A stretch of DNA of 64,000 bases, from NCBI GenBank assembly GCA_965228475.1, contig OZ245817.1, positions 2,816,001 through 2,880,000 on the forward strand. The letters run 5' to 3'. The stretch comes from Myxococcota bacterium (GTDB taxonomy: Bacteria > Myxococcota_A > UBA9160 > JAFDDA01). Positions 28,122-38,244 of this stretch are shown in pieces (positions within the stretch are counted from its first letter, which is position 1; the number at the start of each line of letters is the position of its first letter). Both the position numbers and the translations under genes were made by a program. Below the pieces are notes generated by a model, which ran no database searches, was not told the origin of the DNA, and worked only from the letters and a program-made list of their open reading frames with translations.

Positions 28122-29909
28122 TCAGCGTTTCGGGAAGTAGAGGTCGGTGATCGTGCCCTCGGCGATCTCGGCAGCCATGGCCGACGTCTCCGAGAGCGTC
28201 GGGTGCGCGTGGACGGTGAGCGCGAGGTCCTCGGCGTCCGCGCCGAGCTCGAGAGCGAGCACCAGTTCGGCGATGAGCTCGCCCGCGTGGGGGCCGACGA
28301 CGCCGGCCCCGAGCAGGCGCCCGGACGCCGGATCGAAGAGCAGTTTCGTCAGGCCCTCGCTTCGGTCGATGCCGAGGGCGCGTCCGCTCGCGGCCCACGG
28401 GAAGCTCGCCTTGCGCACCTCGACGCCCTGCTCCTTCGCCTGGAGCTCGGTCAGTCCCATCCACGCGACCTCCGGGTCCGTATAGGCCACCGACGGGATC
28501 GTGAGCGGCTCGAAGGCGACGTTCTTCCCGGCGATCACCTCGGCGGCGGTCTTGCCCTCGTGGGTCGCTTTGTGCGCCAGCATGGGCTGCCCGACGATGT
28601 CGCCGATCGCGAAGATGTGCGGAACGTTCGTGCGCTGCTGCTCGTCGACGGGGATGAAGCCCCGCTCGTCGACGTGGACGCCGGCCCGATCGGCCGCGAT
28701 CAGCGCGCCGTTCGGCTTCCGGCCGACCGCCACGAGCACGCGGTCGAAGACTCCCTCTGCGGGGGCGCCCTCCCCTTCGAGGCTCGCGTGGAGGCCGTCT
28801 TCCTTCGCCTCGATGCCCGTGACCTTCGTGCCCGTGTAGATCGCCTCGTAGCGCGCGTCGATGATCTTCCGCAGGGGCTTCACGAGATCCGGATCCGCGC
28901 CGGTCATCAGCTGGTCGAGCAGCTCGACCACCGTCACCTTGCTTCCGAGCGCCGAGAACACCGAGGCCAGCTCGAGACCAATGATCCCGCCCCCGATCAC
29001 GAGCAGACGTTCGGGGATGTCCTCGAGTTCGAGGGCGTCTCCTGAATCCATCACCCGCGGATCGTCGTTCGGGAAGCTCGGGATGACCACGGAGCTCGAT
29101 CCCGCCGCGATGATCGCGTTCGCGAAGGCGACGGTCTGGCGGCCCTCGCTCCCCTCGACCACCAGCAGATTCGGCCCCTCGAAGCGGCCGTTGCCCTCGA
29201 TCACCGTGACCTTGCGCCGCTTCGCGAGCCCGGAGAGTCCGCCCGTGAGCTTCTTCACCACGGAGTTCTTGAAGCCGCGGACCTTCTCGAGGTCGATCTT
29301 CGGCTCGCCGAACTCGACGCCGTGGTCCCCGAGCCGTTTCACCTCCACGAGCACCTCGGCCAGGTGGAGCAGGGTCTTCGAAGGAATGCAGCCGACGTTC
29401 AGGCAGACGCCCCCGAGCGCCGCGTGACGCTCGACGAGCACGACCTTCTTGCCGAGATCCGCCGCGCGGAAGGCCGCCGTATAGCCGCCGGGGCCGGCAC
29501 CGAGAACGAGCACGTCGGCCGTGACGTCCGCGTCCGGCAGCGTTGCCGCGGGCGCGGGAGCCGCCTCCGCCGGAGCGCTCGGAGGGCTTTGCGACTCCGG
29601 CTTCTCGGCGGGCGGCGGCGGTGGGCTCTCGCTCGGAGACGGCGCCGGCTCCGCGTCGGAGGCCGAATCCCCCGCCACCTCGAGGCGCAGGATCAACCCG
29701 CCCTCGGAGATCACGCTCCCGAGCTCGACGCAAAGCTCGGTCACCGTCCCCGCATGGGTCGACGGGATCTCCATCGTCGCCTTGTCGCTCTCGAGCGTGA
29801 TGAGCGATTGCTCGACCTCGACGGTGTCTCCCGGCGCGACCAGGATCTCGATCACCTCGACGTCTTCGAACTCGCCGATGTCCGGGATGCGGATCTCGAC
29901 CGTGCTCAC
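28122..29909 (-). CDS. lpdA: Dihydrolipoamide dehydrogenase E3 with N-terminal lipoyl domain
   Basis: LESDKATME lipoyl motif; GGVCLNVGCIPSK; HAHPTLSE. Confidence 0.96.
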   Translation of the reverse strand: MSTVEIRIPDIGEFEDVEVIEILVAPGDTVEVEQSLITLESDKATMEIPSTHAGTVTELCVELGSVISEGGLILRLEVAGDSASDAEPAPSPSESPPPPPAEKPESQSPPSAPAEAAPAPAATLPDADVTADVLVLGAGPGGYTAAFRAADLGKKVVLVERHAALGGVCLNVGCIPSKTLLHLAEVLVEVKRLGDHGVEFGEPKIDLEKVRGFKNSVVKKLTGGLSGLAKRRKVTVIEGNGRFEGPNLLVVEGSEGRQTVAFANAIIAAGSSSVVIPSFPNDDPRVMDSGDALELEDIPERLLVIGGGIIGLELASVFSALGSKVTVVELLDQLMTGADPDLVKPLRKIIDARYEAIYTGTKVTGIEAKEDGLHASLEGEGAPAEGVFDRVLVAVGRKPNGALIAADRAGVHVDERGFIPVDEQQRTNVPHIFAIGDIVGQPMLAHKATHEGKTAAEVIAGKNVAFEPLTIPSVAYTDPEVAWMGLTELQAKEQGVEVRKASFPWAASGRALGIDRSEGLTKLLFDPASGRLLGAGVVGPHAGELIAELVLALELGADAEDLALTVHAHPTLSETSAMAAEIAEGTITDLYFPKR

Positions 29910-29925
29910 GGGAGGCGTCCCCCAC

Positions 29926-31278
29926 TCACAGGATGAGGTTCCGGATGTCGCTCAGGACGGCCTTCAACCGGGTCGTGAAGCGCACGGCGTCGGCGCCGTC
30001 GATCACGCGGTGGTCGTAGGAGAAGGAGAGCGGGACGATGAGACGCGGTTGGAAGTTCTCGGTCTCCTCGCTCCAGACCGGCTGCAGGCTGGCGCGCGAC
30101 ACGCCGAGGATCGCCACCTCCGGCGCGTTCACGATCGGCGTGAAGGCCGTGCCGCCGATTCCGCCGAGGCTCGAAATCGAGAACGTCCCGCCCTGGAGGT
30201 CCTCGGGCCGGAGCTTCCGGTCCCGGGCCTTCTGGCTCACCGTCGCCAGCTCCTCGGCGAGATCGAACAGGCCCTTCTTGTCGACGTCGCGGATGACGGG
30301 GACGACGAGGCCGCGGTCCGTGTCGACCGCGATGCCGATGTGGAAGTAATCCTTCACGATCAGGGACTCGCCGTCGGGCGCGAGCGACGAGTTCACCTGC
30401 GGGAAGTCCTGGAGCGTCACCGCGCACGCCTTCAGGAAGAAGCCGAGCGGCGTGAGGGAGAGCCCCCGTTCCTTCGCCTCCCCTTTCTTCGCCTGCCGGA
30501 ACTCCTCGAGCTCGGTGATGTCCGCCTCGTCGAACTGCGTGACGTGGGGAACGGTCAGCCACGCGCGGTGGAGATTGCGCGCGGACACCCGGCGGAGCTT
30601 GTTCAGGGGCTGGTGCTCGACGGGCCCCCACTTCGAGAAGTCGATCGTGGGCATCTCGGGCACGGCGAACCCGCTCGGGCTCGGCGCAGCCCCCGCGCCC
30701 CCGGCGAGCGCCTTCTTCACGAAGGCCTCGACGTCCTCCTTCTTGATGCGCCCCTTGGCCCCGGTGCCGACGACCTTGGAGAGATCGACGCCGAGGTCCC
30801 GGGCGAGCCGCCGCACGCTCGGCGTCGCGTGGGCCCGCGACGCACGGGGCGCAGGCCGGCTCTCGAGCGGCGGAGCCTTCGTGAGCATCTGCGCCGGCCC
30901 GGCTTCCGCGACACCCGAAGCCGGCGCGGCGGCCTGGGGCGCGGACGGCTCGGCTGGCCTGGCCGACTCCGAGGACTCGGCCTTCGGAGCCGCGCTGGAA
31001 GCCTCGCCGGCCTTCGCGGGCTCGGCCGACGCTTCCCCCGAGGGTTCGAGCACCGCAATCGGCGACCCCTCGGAGACGAGGTCACCCACCGCGACGGAGA
31101 GCTCCTTCACGACGCCGGCGAAGGGCGACGGGATCTCCATCGTGGCCTTGTCGCTCTCGAGCGTGATGAGCGATTGCTCGGCCGCGACGGTGTCCCCCGC
31201 GGCGACGAGGATCTCGATCACCTCGACCTGATCGAAGTCCCCGATGTCCGGGACCTTGACGGCGCGCCCTTCCGCCAC
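29926..31278 (-). CDS. aceF: Pyruvate dehydrogenase E2 acetyltransferase (one lipoyl domain)
   Basis: ESDKA lipoyl; HATPSVRRLAR binding domain; SYDHRVIDGA. Confidence 0.96.
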   Translation of the reverse strand: MAEGRAVKVPDIGDFDQVEVIEILVAAGDTVAAEQSLITLESDKATMEIPSPFAGVVKELSVAVGDLVSEGSPIAVLEPSGEASAEPAKAGEASSAAPKAESSESARPAEPSAPQAAAPASGVAEAGPAQMLTKAPPLESRPAPRASRAHATPSVRRLARDLGVDLSKVVGTGAKGRIKKEDVEAFVKKALAGGAGAAPSPSGFAVPEMPTIDFSKWGPVEHQPLNKLRRVSARNLHRAWLTVPHVTQFDEADITELEEFRQAKKGEAKERGLSLTPLGFFLKACAVTLQDFPQVNSSLAPDGESLIVKDYFHIGIAVDTDRGLVVPVIRDVDKKGLFDLAEELATVSQKARDRKLRPEDLQGGTFSISSLGGIGGTAFTPIVNAPEVAILGVSRASLQPVWSEETENFQPRLIVPLSFSYDHRVIDGADAVRFTTRLKAVLSDIRNLIL

Positions 31279-31279
31279 C

Positions 31280-33934
31280 CTAGACTCCCACCGGGTTCGG
31301 CTTCTCGGGGTCGACGCCGTACTTCGCGATCGCCTCGCCCACCTTCCCGGCCGGAATCTTGCCTTCGTCGGCCAGGGACTTCAGCGCGGCGATGGCAACG
31401 TAGTGGCGGTTCACCTCGAAGAACTCGCGGAGCTTCACGCGCGTGTCGCTGCGCCCGAAACCGTCCGTGCCGAGCACGCGGTAGGACCGCGGCACGAAGC
31501 CGCGCACCTGGTCCGCGTAGGCGCGGATGTAGTCCGTGGCGGCCACGACCGGGCCCGCCCGCTCCCGGAGGCGTTCGGTCACGACCGGAACCCGCGGCGT
31601 CTCGCCGGGGTGGAGCAGGTTCCAGCGCTCGACGTCGGCGCCGTTGCGGCCGAGCTCGTTGAAGCTCGTCACGCTCCAGACGTCGGACTCGACACCCCAG
31701 TCCTCGCGCAGCAGCGCCGCCGCCGCGATCACCTCGCGCAGGATCGTTCCGCCCCCGAGCAGCTGCACGCGCAGGTCCGAGGCTTCCCCTTCCTGGAAGA
31801 GATACATGCCCTCGATGATCCCCTCGCGCACGCCTTCGGGCATCGCCGGGTGGGCGTAGTTCTCGTTCATGACGGTGACGTAGTAGAAGACGTTCTCGCG
31901 ATCGCGGTACATGCGCTCGAGGCCGTCGTGAAGGACGGTCGCGAGCTCGTAGTTGAAGCACGGGTCGTAGGCCCGGCAGTTCGGGATGGTCGACGCGAGG
32001 ACCAGCCCGTGGCCGTCCTGGTGCTGCAGCCCCTCGCCGGCCAACGTCGTGCGGCCGGCGGTGCCTCCCATCAGGAAACCCCGCGCCTGGCTGTCGGCGG
32101 CCGCCCAGGCGAGGTCGCCGATGCGCTGGAAGCCGAACATCGAGTAGTAGATGTAGAAGGGGATCATCGCGACGCCGTGGTTGGCGTAGGAAGTCCCGGC
32201 CGCGATCCAGGAGGAGATCGCACCGGCCTCGGTGATGCCTTCTTGAAGGATCTGGCCCGCGGAGTCCTCCTTGTACCACATGACCTGATCGGCATCGACG
32301 GGATCGTAGAGCTGACCCTGGGCCGAGTAGATGCCGAGCGTTCGGAAGAGCCCCTCCATACCGAAGGTCCGCGCTTCGTCGGCGACGATCGGCACGATGC
32401 GCTTCTTCAGGTTCTCGTCGCGGGTGAGCGCCGTCAGCATGCGGACGAAGCTCATGGTCGTCGAGATCTCGCGGTCGCCGGTTCCTTCGAGCTGGTTGGC
32501 GAAGACCTCGGGGCCGGGAACCTCGAGGGCCTCCGCTTCGTGCCGACGGGCCGGCAGGTAGCCGCCCAGCGCCTCGCGGCGCTCCCGCAGGTACTGCATC
32601 TCCGCCGAGTCCGGGTCGGGCTTGTAGAACGGCGGGTTGTCGAGCTCGTCGTCGGAGATCGGGATCCGGTAGCGGTCCCGGAACGCGGTGAGGGCTTCGC
32701 GCCCGGGCTTCTTCAACGAGTGGGCGATGTTCACGCTCTCGCCCGCCTTGCCGAGCCCGTAGCCCTTCACCGTCTTCGCGAGAATGACCGTCGGCTGGTC
32801 GGTGTGCTGCATCGCCTGGGCGTAGGCGGCGTAGACCTTCGCCGGGTCGTGGCCTCCGCGCTGGAGGGCCCAGATCTCGTCGTCGGTCATGTCCTCGACC
32901 ATGGCCGCGGTCTCGGGGTACTTCCCGAAGAAGTGCTCCCGCACGTACGCGCCGCCCTTGGCCTTGTAGTTCTGGTAGTCCCCGTCGACGGCCTCTTCCA
33001 TCCGGCGAAGGAGCATGCCCTTCTTGTCCTTGGCGAGCAGGCGGTCCCAGCCTTCGCCCCAGATCACCTTGATGACGTTCCAGCCCGCCCCGCGGAAGAC
33101 GCCCTCGAGCTCCTGGATGATCTTCGCGTTGCCCCGCACCGGGCCATCGAGGCGCTGGAGGTTGCAGTTCACGACGAAGATCAGGTTGTCGAGCTCTTCG
33201 CGCGCGGCGAGGGAGATCGAGCCCAGGGATTCGGGCTCGTCCATCTCACCATCGCCGAGGAAGGCCCAGACCTTGCGCTCGGTCGCGTCGATCAGCCCGC
33301 GCTGATGGAGGTGCTTCATGAAGCGGGCCTGGTAGATCGCCATCAGCGAGCCGAGCCCCATCGAGACGGTCGGGAAACTCCAGAAGTCCCGCATCAGCCA
33401 GGGATGCGGGTAGGAGGAAAGCCCGTCGCCATCCACTTCCTGGCGGAACTTCAAGAGCTGCTCTTCGCTCAGGCGGCCCTCGAGGAAGGCGCGGGCGTAG
33501 ATGCCCGGTGCCGCGTGTCCCTGGAAGTAGATGAGATCGCCGCCGTGGTCCGCGGTCGGCGCGTGGAAGAAGTGGTTGAAGGCGACCTCGAGCATCGTCG
33601 CGCAGGAGGCGTAGCTCGAGATGTGGCCGCCGAGCTCGCTGCTCAGCGTGTTCGCCCGGTGCACCATCGCGATCGCGTTCCAGCGGTTGATGCTGCGGAT
33701 GCGGTGTTCGAGCCCGGGCTCGCCCGGGGACTGCTCTTCATCGCTCTTGCGGATCGTGTTCAGGTAGGCGGTGGTCGCCTTGTAGGGAAGGTGCGCGCCC
33801 GAGCGGCGCATCTCGGCGACGAGCCGCTCGATCAGGAAGTGGGCGCGCTCGATGCCCTCCTTCTCGAGCACCGAATGCAGCGAGTCGACCCAATCGCGGG
33901 TCTCTTCGGGGTCGACGTCGTGTTCTTCCGCCAA
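31280..33934 (-). CDS. aceE: Pyruvate dehydrogenase E1, homodimeric type
   Basis: DVDPEETRDW, YFQGHAAPG, GDGEMDEPES, GEGLQHQDG, GTDGFGRSD; TTG start. Confidence 0.97.
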   Translation of the reverse strand: MAEEHDVDPEETRDWVDSLHSVLEKEGIERAHFLIERLVAEMRRSGAHLPYKATTAYLNTIRKSDEEQSPGEPGLEHRIRSINRWNAIAMVHRANTLSSELGGHISSYASCATMLEVAFNHFFHAPTADHGGDLIYFQGHAAPGIYARAFLEGRLSEEQLLKFRQEVDGDGLSSYPHPWLMRDFWSFPTVSMGLGSLMAIYQARFMKHLHQRGLIDATERKVWAFLGDGEMDEPESLGSISLAAREELDNLIFVVNCNLQRLDGPVRGNAKIIQELEGVFRGAGWNVIKVIWGEGWDRLLAKDKKGMLLRRMEEAVDGDYQNYKAKGGAYVREHFFGKYPETAAMVEDMTDDEIWALQRGGHDPAKVYAAYAQAMQHTDQPTVILAKTVKGYGLGKAGESVNIAHSLKKPGREALTAFRDRYRIPISDDELDNPPFYKPDPDSAEMQYLRERREALGGYLPARRHEAEALEVPGPEVFANQLEGTGDREISTTMSFVRMLTALTRDENLKKRIVPIVADEARTFGMEGLFRTLGIYSAQGQLYDPVDADQVMWYKEDSAGQILQEGITEAGAISSWIAAGTSYANHGVAMIPFYIYYSMFGFQRIGDLAWAAADSQARGFLMGGTAGRTTLAGEGLQHQDGHGLVLASTIPNCRAYDPCFNYELATVLHDGLERMYRDRENVFYYVTVMNENYAHPAMPEGVREGIIEGMYLFQEGEASDLRVQLLGGGTILREVIAAAALLREDWGVESDVWSVTSFNELGRNGADVERWNLLHPGETPRVPVVTERLRERAGPVVAATDYIRAYADQVRGFVPRSYRVLGTDGFGRSDTRVKLREFFEVNRHYVAIAALKSLADEGKIPAGKVGEAIAKYGVDPEKPNPVGV

Positions 33935-34092
33935 TCTGGAACCTCGGTTCTTTCCCGAGCGCTCAGTCTAACGACCCGCCTCCGCCGATGCCGCCGCCGG
34001 CGCAAACGGCTCGGCCTTTTGGACTACAGTAGCGGCGCTCGGGCCGGCCTCGCGCTCCGCCGGCTCGACCCTTGGGAGATCGACGAACGAGC

Positions 34093-35319
34093 ATGAGCCC
34101 GCGCAGCCCCCTGGTCCACGGCCACGTCGCGCCCGGCTTCGAAGGCGTCCGGCGCGCCTTCGAGCACAACTTCTCCGCGCGTCGCGAGCTCGGAGCGGCC
34201 GTCGCCGTCCACCATCGGGGGCAGCTCGTGGTCGACCTCTGGGGTGGCCACCTCGACAAATCGCGCAAGACACCGTGGGAACGCGACACGGTCACGACCG
34301 TCTTCTCGACCACCAAAGGCGTGAGCGCCCTGGCGATGGCCCTGGCCCACTCCCGGGGCTACTTCGAATGGGACGACCCGGTCGCGCGCCACTGGCCGGA
34401 GTTCGCTCAGGCGGGCAAGGCCGAGATCACGCTCCGGCAGCTCCTGGCCCACCAGGCGGGCCTCAGCGCCGTCGACACCCCCCTCGATCCGGCGTTGCTC
34501 GGCGACCCGGACCGCCTCGCCGAGGTCCTCGCCGCCCAGAGACCTTCCTGGGAACCCGGCACGCGGCACGGCTACCACGCCATCACCCTGGGCTTCTACC
34601 AGAGCGAGCTGATCCGACGGACGGACCCGGCGGGCCGCTCGCTCAGTCGTTTCTTCCGCGAGGAGATCGCCGAGCCGCTGGAGGTGGACTTCCAGATCGG
34701 CCTGCCCTCGGACTTCTCCCTCGAGCGCCTGGCGCCGATCCATCCGGTTCCGCCCGCAACCGTCCCGTTTCGGCTGCGCGGCCCGAACAAGATGCCCGCG
34801 CGCATGATCCTGCAGATCCTCAACCCGAGGTCGCATACCGGGCGCGCCGTCGGCAATCCACGCATGCGGTCGCCCGCAGACCTGAACCGTCGGGCCGACC
34901 TGCGCAGCGTCGAGATCCCCTCCGGCAACGGCATCGGCAACGCGCGCAGCCTGGCCCGCCTCTACGGAGCCTTCGCCACGGGCGGCGAGGCGCTCGGCCT
35001 CCGCAAGGAAACGCTCGACTCGCTCACGGAGGAGCCGACGCCGCCCCGGGACGGTGTCCGTGATCTGGTCCTCCACACGGACACGCTCTACGCCCATGGC
35101 TTCACGCGCCCGCGCCCGACCTTCGACTACGCCTCGAGCCCGCGCGCCTTCGGCACGCCGGGCGCCGGTGGCTCCTTTGCCTTCGCGGACCCGGACGCGC
35201 GGCTCGGCTACGCCTACGTGATGAACCGCATGGGCGTCCACCTCGTCGACGATCCGCGGGAGAAGGCCCTGCGCGACGCCACCTACCGCGCGATCGCGAA
35301 GGTCGGCCCGGGCCACTAG
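34093..35319 (+). CDS. Serine hydrolase (beta-lactamase-like esterase, family VIII)
   Basis: FSTTK, LLAHQAGL, GYHA, FGTPGAGGS. Confidence 0.9.
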   Translation: MSPRSPLVHGHVAPGFEGVRRAFEHNFSARRELGAAVAVHHRGQLVVDLWGGHLDKSRKTPWERDTVTTVFSTTKGVSALAMALAHSRGYFEWDDPVARHWPEFAQAGKAEITLRQLLAHQAGLSAVDTPLDPALLGDPDRLAEVLAAQRPSWEPGTRHGYHAITLGFYQSELIRRTDPAGRSLSRFFREEIAEPLEVDFQIGLPSDFSLERLAPIHPVPPATVPFRLRGPNKMPARMILQILNPRSHTGRAVGNPRMRSPADLNRRADLRSVEIPSGNGIGNARSLARLYGAFATGGEALGLRKETLDSLTEEPTPPRDGVRDLVLHTDTLYAHGFTRPRPTFDYASSPRAFGTPGAGGSFAFADPDARLGYAYVMNRMGVHLVDDPREKALRDATYRAIAKVGPGH

Positions 35320-35326
35320 CCCGTCG

Positions 35327-36694
35327 CTATTCCAAGTAGCCGAGGGCCCGCAAGGCGTCCCGCTCGGCTTCACTCAGCGTGTTCACGCGAGCGGCCTCGC
35401 GACGCTGCGCGTCGGCGCGGCCGATCTGCTGCGCCAAGAGCTCCTCGAGCCCCTCGTCTGGCGGAACCACCTCTCGGTAGCCGGGCATCCCACCCTCGGG
35501 AACCAGCTCAGCCACTCGCTGCGGCAGTGGGGTCAGTTCGCCGCCCGTCATTGGATCCCGGATCGGCTCGTCGAACCCGTCGCGGTCTCGAGCAAAATAG
35601 CTGCCCCCGAGAACGATGGCGCCACGCTCCCGATGCTCGGCGAAGACCGCGCGATCGCCAGGCGGAGCCTCCTGCAGCGGATGTCCCAGGAAGCTCTCGG
35701 GGACCTCGAGGCCCGCGGCCACCAACAGTGTCGGAGCCACATCGACCACGCTCGCTGGACCGACGACCCTTCGCTCCTTTCCCGGTTCCAACGGGCGCAG
35801 CAAGAGCGGCACTCGAATCTGGTCCAACCCGACCGAGTGCCCGTGAGCGAAGTAGTAGCCATCCTCTCCGAATGCCTCACCGTGGTCGGACGTAAGGAGG
35901 ACGAAAGGCGGCGTTCCAAGCGAGTCGACTCCGTCGATCAGTCGTCTGAAGTGCTCATCGAGGTAACGGATCTCGTCGACGTAGCGCCGGGCATACGCCT
36001 CGAAGCTACGCAGGCCCGGCAGAACCTGGTACCGCGGAATCCCTCCGCGCCCCGAGTGGTCGTCGAGCACCTTCAGGCGCTTCTCCTCGGGGACGTCTTC
36101 GCCGACTAGCCGGCTGGTGGGCGGTTCGTAGGGGCCGTGAGGATCTTGATAGTGCACCCACAGAAACCACGGCGGCTCGGCCCTCTTCACCCAGGCCAGG
36201 GCGGCCCGGGTCGTGTCGCCCGCGGAACGCTCTACGAGGTGTGGGCGACTCCGCTCGGGCATCGACATACGGTCGTCGTAGACGTCGAAACCCCGCTCGA
36301 GCCCTCGGCCCCGCGCAACGACCGGGTTCGAAACGAATGCTGCCGTGCTGTAGCCCGACGCACGCAAGCGCTCCGTCACCGTCACCACGTCTTCGCGGAG
36401 GCGGCTGACTGCCGCCTCGGTCAGGCCGTGCCCGGAGGGATAGCGGGACGTCAGCACCGACCCGAGGGAGGGTGCCGTCGACGGCGCCGTCGAGAACGCC
36501 CAGACGAACTGGGCGCCCGAGTCAGCAAGCGCGCAGATCGAAACACCTGCGCCCGGCTCTCCGCCATAGCAGGCCAGACCGTCCGCACGCAGCGTATCGA
36601 CGGTCACAAGCAGAAGATTGGGCGGAGGCCCCGGCTCCGCGCAGGCGGCAGCGAGCAACAGCGGCAGCACCAGAAGGGCTTTCCCCAGCTTCAT
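35327..36694 (-). CDS. Sulfatase-family lipoprotein (Ser-type, degenerate motif)
   Basis: Lipobox AAAC; NLLLVTVDTLRAD; STAPS..SVLTSRYP; HYQDPH; SDHGE; LRALGY C-terminus. Confidence 0.85.
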   Translation of the reverse strand: MKLGKALLVLPLLLAAACAEPGPPPNLLLVTVDTLRADGLACYGGEPGAGVSICALADSGAQFVWAFSTAPSTAPSLGSVLTSRYPSGHGLTEAAVSRLREDVVTVTERLRASGYSTAAFVSNPVVARGRGLERGFDVYDDRMSMPERSRPHLVERSAGDTTRAALAWVKRAEPPWFLWVHYQDPHGPYEPPTSRLVGEDVPEEKRLKVLDDHSGRGGIPRYQVLPGLRSFEAYARRYVDEIRYLDEHFRRLIDGVDSLGTPPFVLLTSDHGEAFGEDGYYFAHGHSVGLDQIRVPLLLRPLEPGKERRVVGPASVVDVAPTLLVAAGLEVPESFLGHPLQEAPPGDRAVFAEHRERGAIVLGGSYFARDRDGFDEPIRDPMTGGELTPLPQRVAELVPEGGMPGYREVVPPDEGLEELLAQQIGRADAQRREAARVNTLSEAERDALRALGYLE

Positions 36695-36792
36695 CGCCGA
36701 GAGCTTATCGCGAATGCAACAGGCGGCTGGTCCCCGGTTCATGACATCCTACAATCCGGCGAGCGCCAGCCCCGGGATGGAGGAGACCACGC

Positions 36793-38166
36793 TTGCAGCC
36801 CTTGGAGCAGGGACCTGCACCGGAAACTGAAGAAGAGCGCATTCCGACCCGCGAGATCCTCGTCTACAGCGCCCCCGTCCTCGGCGTTTTCTTTGCAAAT
36901 ACGCTGATCTCCTTCTACTTCCTGAAGTACACCACGGACGTCCTGCTGATCGCTCCGGCGATCGCGGGGACGATCCTCCTGGCCGGCCGGGTGTGGGACG
37001 CGGTGACGGACCCGCTGATCGGCCATTGGTCGGATCGCACGCGCTCGCGGCTCGGCCGGAGGCGGCCGTGGTTCCTGGCCTCGGCGATCCCCCTGGGCTT
37101 GGCGGTCGTCGCCCTGTGGAGTCCGCCCGCAGCCCTCGAGGGGCGCGCGCTCACCCTCTGGCTGCTCTTCACGTTCCTGATCTATCTGACCTTCTACACG
37201 ACGTTCCGCGTCCCCCACATGGCCCTCGGCGCCGAGCTCACGCGCGGCTACCACGACCGGACGCGCGTGTTCGGCGTGATGCAGGTGGTCGAGAACGTCG
37301 GCATCCTGCTGGCCGCCGGCGGGCTCGCCTTCCTCGAGAACGCCGACGCCCCGCGCGAGGCCGCCGCACAGCTCTCGCGCGGCATCGCCGTCCTCATCAT
37401 CGCGCTCATCCTGTGGACGACCTGGCGCGTCCGGGAGCGCAGCGAGTTCCAGGGGCGCGGGCGCGCCGGCTCCTACCGCGCGTTCCGCGAGGTCCTCGCC
37501 AACCCGCACGCGCGCCTGCTCGTCGGGATCTTCTTCCTCGAGCAGCTCGGCTTCTCGACGCTGCTGATCCTCTTCCCGTACCTCTCGGACTACCTCGTCG
37601 GAACGCCGGGGCAGACGTTCATCTACCTGATGGCCGCGATCGTCTCGATGGCCGCGAGCATCCCCTTCTGGATTCCGGTCTCCCGCCGGTTCGGGAAGCA
37701 GCGGGTGTGGATCGTCACCCTGGGCATCAAGATCGCCGTCTTCGGCGGCCTGTTCCTCGTGGGTGAGGGCGACTCGATCCTCCTCGCCTCGGGCGCCATC
37801 GCCTTCGGGGTCCTCTCGGGCGCCGGCAACGTCGTCGGCCCCTCGCTCAAGGCGGACGTCATCGACTGGGACGAAGCGGAGAGCGGGGAGCGGAAGGAAG
37901 GCGCCTACTTCGCCGCCTGGAACTTCGTCCAGAAGGCCGCCGGGGGCTTCGCGGGCTGGATGGTCGGCATCACGCTGAGCGCCACGGGCTTCGTGCCGAA
38001 CGAAGCCCAGTCCGAGGCCGCGCTGCTCGGGATCAAGCTTCTGGCTTCGCCGTGGCCGCTGCTCCTCCACGTCTTCGCCCTGGCCCTGGTCTGGCGGTTC
38101 GCGCTCGACGAGCGAGCACACCGGGATGCCCGGGACCGCGCGCGAAGGGAACAGGCGGGCCGCTGA
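36793..38166 (+). CDS. MFS transporter, GPH (MelB-like) family
   Basis: WDAVTDPLIGHWSDRTRSRLGRRRPW; ADVIDWDE..SGERKEGAYF; about 12 TM. Confidence 0.9.
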   Translation: MQPLEQGPAPETEEERIPTREILVYSAPVLGVFFANTLISFYFLKYTTDVLLIAPAIAGTILLAGRVWDAVTDPLIGHWSDRTRSRLGRRRPWFLASAIPLGLAVVALWSPPAALEGRALTLWLLFTFLIYLTFYTTFRVPHMALGAELTRGYHDRTRVFGVMQVVENVGILLAAGGLAFLENADAPREAAAQLSRGIAVLIIALILWTTWRVRERSEFQGRGRAGSYRAFREVLANPHARLLVGIFFLEQLGFSTLLILFPYLSDYLVGTPGQTFIYLMAAIVSMAASIPFWIPVSRRFGKQRVWIVTLGIKIAVFGGLFLVGEGDSILLASGAIAFGVLSGAGNVVGPSLKADVIDWDEAESGERKEGAYFAAWNFVQKAAGGFAGWMVGITLSATGFVPNEAQSEAALLGIKLLASPWPLLLHVFALALVWRFALDERAHRDARDRARREQAGR

Positions 38167-38244
38167 ACCTCCCTGCGCGCCGAGACTTCCACCGATCATC
38201 TTCCGCCCGGGGTATCCTCCCCTCTCCAACCCGAAGGAGGCCCC

